Below, in pieces: positions 18,847-23,563 of a stretch of DNA of 23,563 nucleotides. The stretch is taken from contig JBHGNT010000473.1 of the NCBI GenBank assembly GCA_043228905.1, positions 1 through 23,563 on the forward strand, given 5' to 3'. Position 1 is the first letter of the stretch, and the number at the start of each line of letters is the position of its first letter. This DNA is from Azolla caroliniana (taxonomy: Eukaryota > Plantae > Polypodiophyta). A program made the position numbers and the translations under genes. The notes below the pieces were generated by a model. The model searched no databases. It had not been told where the DNA came from and was given only the letters and a program-made list of their open reading frames with translations.

Positions 18847-21800
18847 CTAACTATGAACATGAAAGCATCGAAGATGTGGGAAAAGTTTGAGAAGGTCCAC
18901 CTTCGATCGCTTCTGCATAAATTTTACGTTATTGAAGACATTGGTACACATAGCACATATAAAGTTAGTTCAGGAAAAGATAGTTTACTCTGATATTTGC
19001 ACATCCATTTACATCTAGCGTTGTAAGTGTTGCAGAGCATGTGGAAGAAAGGCTTTTAAGTGTTTCATCGGTGACCCCGAGCAAGCCATGCAAGCTATGT
19101 ATCCAAAATTATACCCAGAGAGCATAAACAAGGCATTTCTTTAGTGAAAGAAAGATTATCATACAATGAACTTATTGAATACCTTAAAAATTGAAGGTTG
19201 TAACAAGCCTCATTGATTGCCTTGATGCCACGATCTGTCACCTTCACACACCTTTCATCAGACGCACAGGTAATCATTACAACTCAAAAGGATTACAATG
19301 GATTAGCACCAAATGCACTATTTTCTTTAATATATATGATATGAAAAAATTGATGTGAATATACCATGTGAAGTTCAAGGACTGAAGAACTTTACATCTT
19401 GCCAAGCCTTGAGAAAGACCATCATCTGTTAAATTCTGCATTGGTAATGCCACTAGGTTTGGAACTTGAACTTGACTAGGTTTGGAAATGATATGCACTC
19501 ATTAGCTAGAGGAGTACAACAAGTATGCTATGAAACGAAGTCTTACCTGAGCTCCACAAAGATCTAATATTTTTAAATCTTGCAAGTTTCCAAGCCTTGC
19601 ATATGACTTGTCTGTTAAACTGCAAACTGGCCTTAGCATAATTACTGAAATGAAGAGGAAAGCAAAGCCACAAAACAGAAACTTGGCTACTTCTCACCTA
19701 GAAAGAGCATACAAATAAAGCTCTGATATGCCTTTACAAGATTCCAAAACCCTCATCAATCCATCATCTGTAAGTCTCACACATCTACAAGACTCAAAAC
19801 CAAAAAAGATCTCAAAATTTCTTTGTGATGCACATAGAAGTGCATTGAATCTCAGTAAATAGTATCACATTGTGAAGTTCAAAACACAAGTTTGACAAAA
19901 CACAAACCTAGTCAAGTTCAAGCTCTCCAACTTCGAAGAATGAGTGCATATCATTTCCAAACTTCTATCAGTGACTCCCTACATAGATGGAAGTATGAGT
20001 ACATAATGCTGATTTAGTAAATAATAATAAAATGAACCAAACACACCTTACATCCACTAAGATTCAATACTCTTAGCTCTTTGCAATGCTTTAATAAAGC
20101 TTCAACTCCATTGTCAGTGATCCTGACACCATTCAATAAGCAAATACACGACTCTCTTTTTATCCTATTGGGGCTATAATGTACTAGACTAGTCTGCATA
20201 ATCTCTCTTTTTATCAACTCATAGACCACCAATTAGCACAATTTACTAGTTGATTTTATGCAAGGTCACATGCACATTCAGTTATCAAGCTGGAACCTCC
20301 CAAATCCCTCCCTGTATATATTGTATATATGGTGTTGTAATAATGAAAGAAATATAAAATATAAAATATACCCGCATTATGGTGTGCCTGACAAAAGGTG
20401 TCACGACAATACAAGAAAAAATCCTGCAACTATTAGCAACAAAAAGTGAAAGAATATATATTATAGTAGAACTAAGAAGACAAAGTCACCATGTATACCT
20501 TGAGAAAAGACACACCAGGCATAAAGTGAAGGGAATTCTTTAAGTTCAAGCTGAGAAGCATATGGTCACAGGTAGAAAGGGATGTGTCAGATACTATAGG
20601 TTCTTTTGCAAAAACTTCTCAGGCAAGCCTAAAGAGCTCCACCATAGCTGAGTGCAGCTCTATTACAGATAAATCGGCCACATCTACTCGGCCTCTTCAA
20701 TCCAAGATGATTTACTCCCTAGAAAAGTTCCTCAGGCAGCAGGATATATTGTACGCAATCTCATGCATTAAGATCATTATCATGGTTCTTTAGCAAAATT
20801 AGAGATTTTATTTTTGTTCTAGGATAGATCATTTTAAATTCATCCATATTTGTCATAATGATTTGTCTCATCAGCCTTGTTTCTTTCCATATGCCTTGCT
20901 CTCTATCCTTGTGCCACTTCATGGGTCTGGCTGAAAACCTAATCTCAATCTCAAGGTGATGGGATGAGAGAATGAGATGTCTAACGAGAACTCTCTTGCA
21001 GGACATATAAGGCTATGAGCTAGAAAATGACAACACACCTAACCCAGCGAGATTATGAGGTCTGATCAGTACTGAACAAAATTTGACTCATTTATATTCA
21101 AAAGTATGCTACACCAAATCAAACCATTTCACCTCCATCAAAGTAGAAAATAAATGAAATTTGCGCTTACAATCTCAGAGCCGTTTCTGTGCAGCTACGA
21201 AAGACCTTAATAGAAATTGCACCAGTACTTAGACTGTGTGGATCAATTTGGTGTTCAGATGACTGATGGACATCTCCTATGGTGGACATATCAATACCAG
21301 ACATCTGTGGATCAACTTAGAGTTCAGATGATTGATGTCCATATCCTATGGAGGATACGTCATCATGCTCCTACATTCTGCAATGATCACAGACAAAATT
21401 AACTGTCCCAAGTGGCACTATCGAAATCTATCAGTAAGTTAGCCCAACATTTTCAAGTTCCATACTGAGTATGCACTCAACCATGAGCATAGGCAAAGTT
21501 TAGGGATGTTGTTGGACCCACATGTTGAGTTTTCATAGCAGCTAGAATACCACCATAATGACATAGGAAGGATGTGATCCTCAAAGAAATATGAAAGAGT
21601 AATCAATAATCACAGCAAGGATAAGATTAGCATCCCGTTAAGATCAGATATATGCCATGTATGTTATTGTACTGATTCATTTATATATTTAAGAGGGAGA
21701 TAGAGATAGATAGATAGATCGATCGATAGATGGATATCATTTTAACACCCACAGGAGACCGATTGCGATCTACGAGACAGGACCTAGCTCATCGCGAGGA

Positions 21801-22223
21801 ACATGGGTTCTCTCAATTTTATGACTGTGATACTATGGTGTAAACCATCAAGCCACCAGCCAGAGAGAGAGGTGAGAACATTTTAAGCCTACTGCTGTTT
21901 GTGAGTTACTGTAATAAATTGATTCTACATACACATACAAACCTCAAATTCCAATATATTGAAAAGGAGTTGAGCTTCGGACAGAATTTTGCTACTATCT
22001 GCATTCCCATATCAGTGATGCCTTGGCATGCATTCAAATTTATCCTTCTTATCTCCTGCAAAATATGCATTCACAGTCCCAATTCAACCTCCTTACCATC
22101 ATATATAGAAACAAACTTTTATGAAATTATTGATACCTTCTTGCCATCCAAACATTGCAAGTCATTGTCCTCTAATCCTTGAGCAAATTCAAGATTGATC
22201 TCCTCCACAAGTTTGAATTGTGG
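18847..22223 (-). CDS. F-box/LRR-repeat protein (At3g58530-like), last 10 exons, 272 aa visible; the N-terminal F-box exons are outside the window
   Basis: Minus-strand exons 22223-22137, 22055-21943, 20122-20047, 19978-19908, 19784-19698, 19619-19547, 19435-19365, 19251-19183, 19094-18989 and 18912-18847 total 819 nt, all GT-AG and phase-compatible. The translation includes EINLEFAQG, INLNACQGITD, FSIYWNLRITD, LNLSGCKGVTD, LNLTRCVRLTDDGL, LDLCGAQNLTDDG, LNFTWCVKVTD, LTTLDVNGC and LFPHLRCFHVHS*. These match cysteine-containing LRRs and the At3g58530 family as I recall it. Confidence 0.92.
20740..21015 (-). mobile_element. Possible LINE ORF2 C-terminal remnant in the 1.8-kb F-box intron
   Basis: PYMSCKRVLVRHLILSSHHLEIEIRFSARP resembles the LRLSSHxLxIExGRW motif of L2/CR1/RTE-X-type LINEs. 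Degenerate. Confidence 0.35.
21237..21362. repeat. Two-copy 69-bp tandem duplication
   Basis: TGTGGATCAA...GTTCAGATGA.TGATG..CAT.TCCTATGG.GGA starts at 21237 and at 21306, with 46/57 identities by manual alignment. Confidence 0.9.
21700..21731. repeat. (GATA)n/(GATC)n microsatellite
   Basis: Directly visible. Confidence 0.85.
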
Positions 22224-22300
22224 CTAAAAAGAGTTAATATATCCTTGATTTATAAAATGATTATAATTCTTAAAAATCATTATCCATTAAATAGCCATCA

Positions 22301-23563
22301 TGTGAATGTGCTAGTGGTGTGAATCTGACAAGGTCTGTCTTGAGGTTGCCATCTCTTCTATAATCCTGGTTGGCTGCTTTTCACCCTTTCAGCAGAAAAG
22401 TTTATGTCAGGTTATAGCCTGAGCACTGGACTGGCATACTTTGCAGTGTAGTTTGGAACACACAAAACGCTTTATCTGGTGGAAATGAAGGTTATTCACA
22501 ACAATGTGCAGATGAAGTGGTACTTATATTTTCTATAGACTTTTCTGGAGATAACTGACTAATTACAATAAATCAGATTTTTGGTTTTGGAGATACAGTC
22601 GAAACAAATTCTGATTGCACAGCAACTGCAGCAACCAGTTTTTATCACAGCAAAATAAGTTTTCAGCACAGCACAGTAACTCTTCTCTATTTCTTTCAGC
22701 CTATTTCTTACACTATTCTTCAATATTATATTGCTTTAGTAGATATTGGTGAACATAACCACCAAATACTACAATATCTCATCCATATTTCTTGTTTTTG
22801 CAATGGCTGAGCAAACTAATATCTTTTATATCGTTAATGTTGATGACAATCGCATGGTCCTAACTATCCTATGTGGCCGTGTACTAGTAGCAAAGCAATT
22901 ATGGGACATTGTCATTGGATCTGATGAACGTCCAACTTCAAGTTCTTCTCCAAACTCTCCCTCCCCTTCAGGATCAACTGACGCAAATAATACTTCAAGC
23001 TCCACTCAACAATCCATTGCTTCACAACTTAAGTGGGATGGTAAGGATGCTCAAGCCCATGCTCTCATTACATTATCAATCAAACGACATATTGTTCCAC
23101 ATATCCGATATTGCACGACCTCAAAAATTGCTTGGGATGTGTTAAAAAACCTATATGCTCAAAGGAATGAACCAAGTGTTGTTATGTTTAAGCGGCAACT
23201 TGAAGAGACAATGATACAAGAAGGTGAATCTATGGACGCATTCTTAACAAAAATCAAGGACTTCAAGGAACAACTACTCAACATTGATGATGTGATTTCA
23301 GACAAGCAGTTACTTTCTAAAGTTCTTGCCATGCTTCCGGATTCATATCAAGTTTTGCCACTACAATAAGGCTTCTTAAAATAGGTAAAGAGAGCTTCGG
23401 TTTTGATGAGCTAATCTCCCTTCTCTTACAGGAATCTCAATCTCGAGCAAATCAGGATGTTCTTAATAGTGGTGATCAAGCTTTTATTACCTCTTCCAAG
23501 TTCAAAGCCCAACAAAGATGAAAACAAAATAACCTTCCTTCTAAAGGCAATGATGCCTCGACT
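22301..23563 (+). mobile_element. Ty1/copia LTR retrotransposon, 5' part (short candidate LTR, PBS-like site, frameshifted gag), inside an F-box intron in antisense orientation
   Basis: Candidate LTR TG...TGTCA at ~22301-22409 (start uncertain), then GGTTATAGCC at 22410-22419, then gag from the ATG at 22803. Confidence 0.8.
22803..23521 (+). pseudogene. gag: Copia gag (UBN2/Retrotran_gag_2-like), frameshifted
   Basis: Motifs RVLVAKQLWDIVIG, WDGKDAQAHALITLSI, SKIAWDVLKNLY, MIQEGESMDAFLTKIK and KVLAMLPDSY are present. The GxNYxxW motif (GPNYPMW, 22856-22876) is in a different frame. After a frameshift near 23352 the protein continues FATTIRLL...FDELISLLLQE to TGA at 23519-23521. Confidence 0.85.

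Noticed and set aside
21901-22182. 93-aa + strand ORF
   Set aside because: It is antisense to two well-supported F-box/LRR exons.
1-23563. A novel multi-gene or defence-type system, or tRNA/rRNA genes
   Set aside because: Only two host genes from known families plus TE debris are visible. Nothing in the sequence links HIPP and the F-box gene functionally, and no structural RNA gene was recognised.

Overview
This is AT-rich land-plant genomic DNA, not prokaryotic. The intron sizes and transposon mix are compatible with a fern or similar large-genome plant, but the species cannot be determined. Two spliced genes face each other. (1) A complete 5-exon heavy-metal-associated isoprenylated plant protein (HIPP) gene on + (8231-11963, 316 aa) with two HMA CxxC domains, a C-terminal FSDENPNACSVM CaaX motif, a GC-AG intron and a K4-5/E4-5 charged repeat. 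(2) The last 10 exons of an F-box/LRR gene resembling Arabidopsis At3g58530 on - (22223-18847); its 5' exons lie beyond the window, past an intronic, frameshifted Ty1/copia element. The rest is transposon debris: the 3' end of a chromodomain Ty3/gypsy element, three short poly(A)-tailed insertions with 16-20 bp target-site duplications (one nested in an older L1), LINE and MULE remnants, a MITE-like element and microsatellites. The most unusual signal is a 39-nt inverted patchwork copy of one F-box exon, including its 5' splice site, inside a downstream intron of the same gene. I see no convincing evidence of a new multi-gene system.
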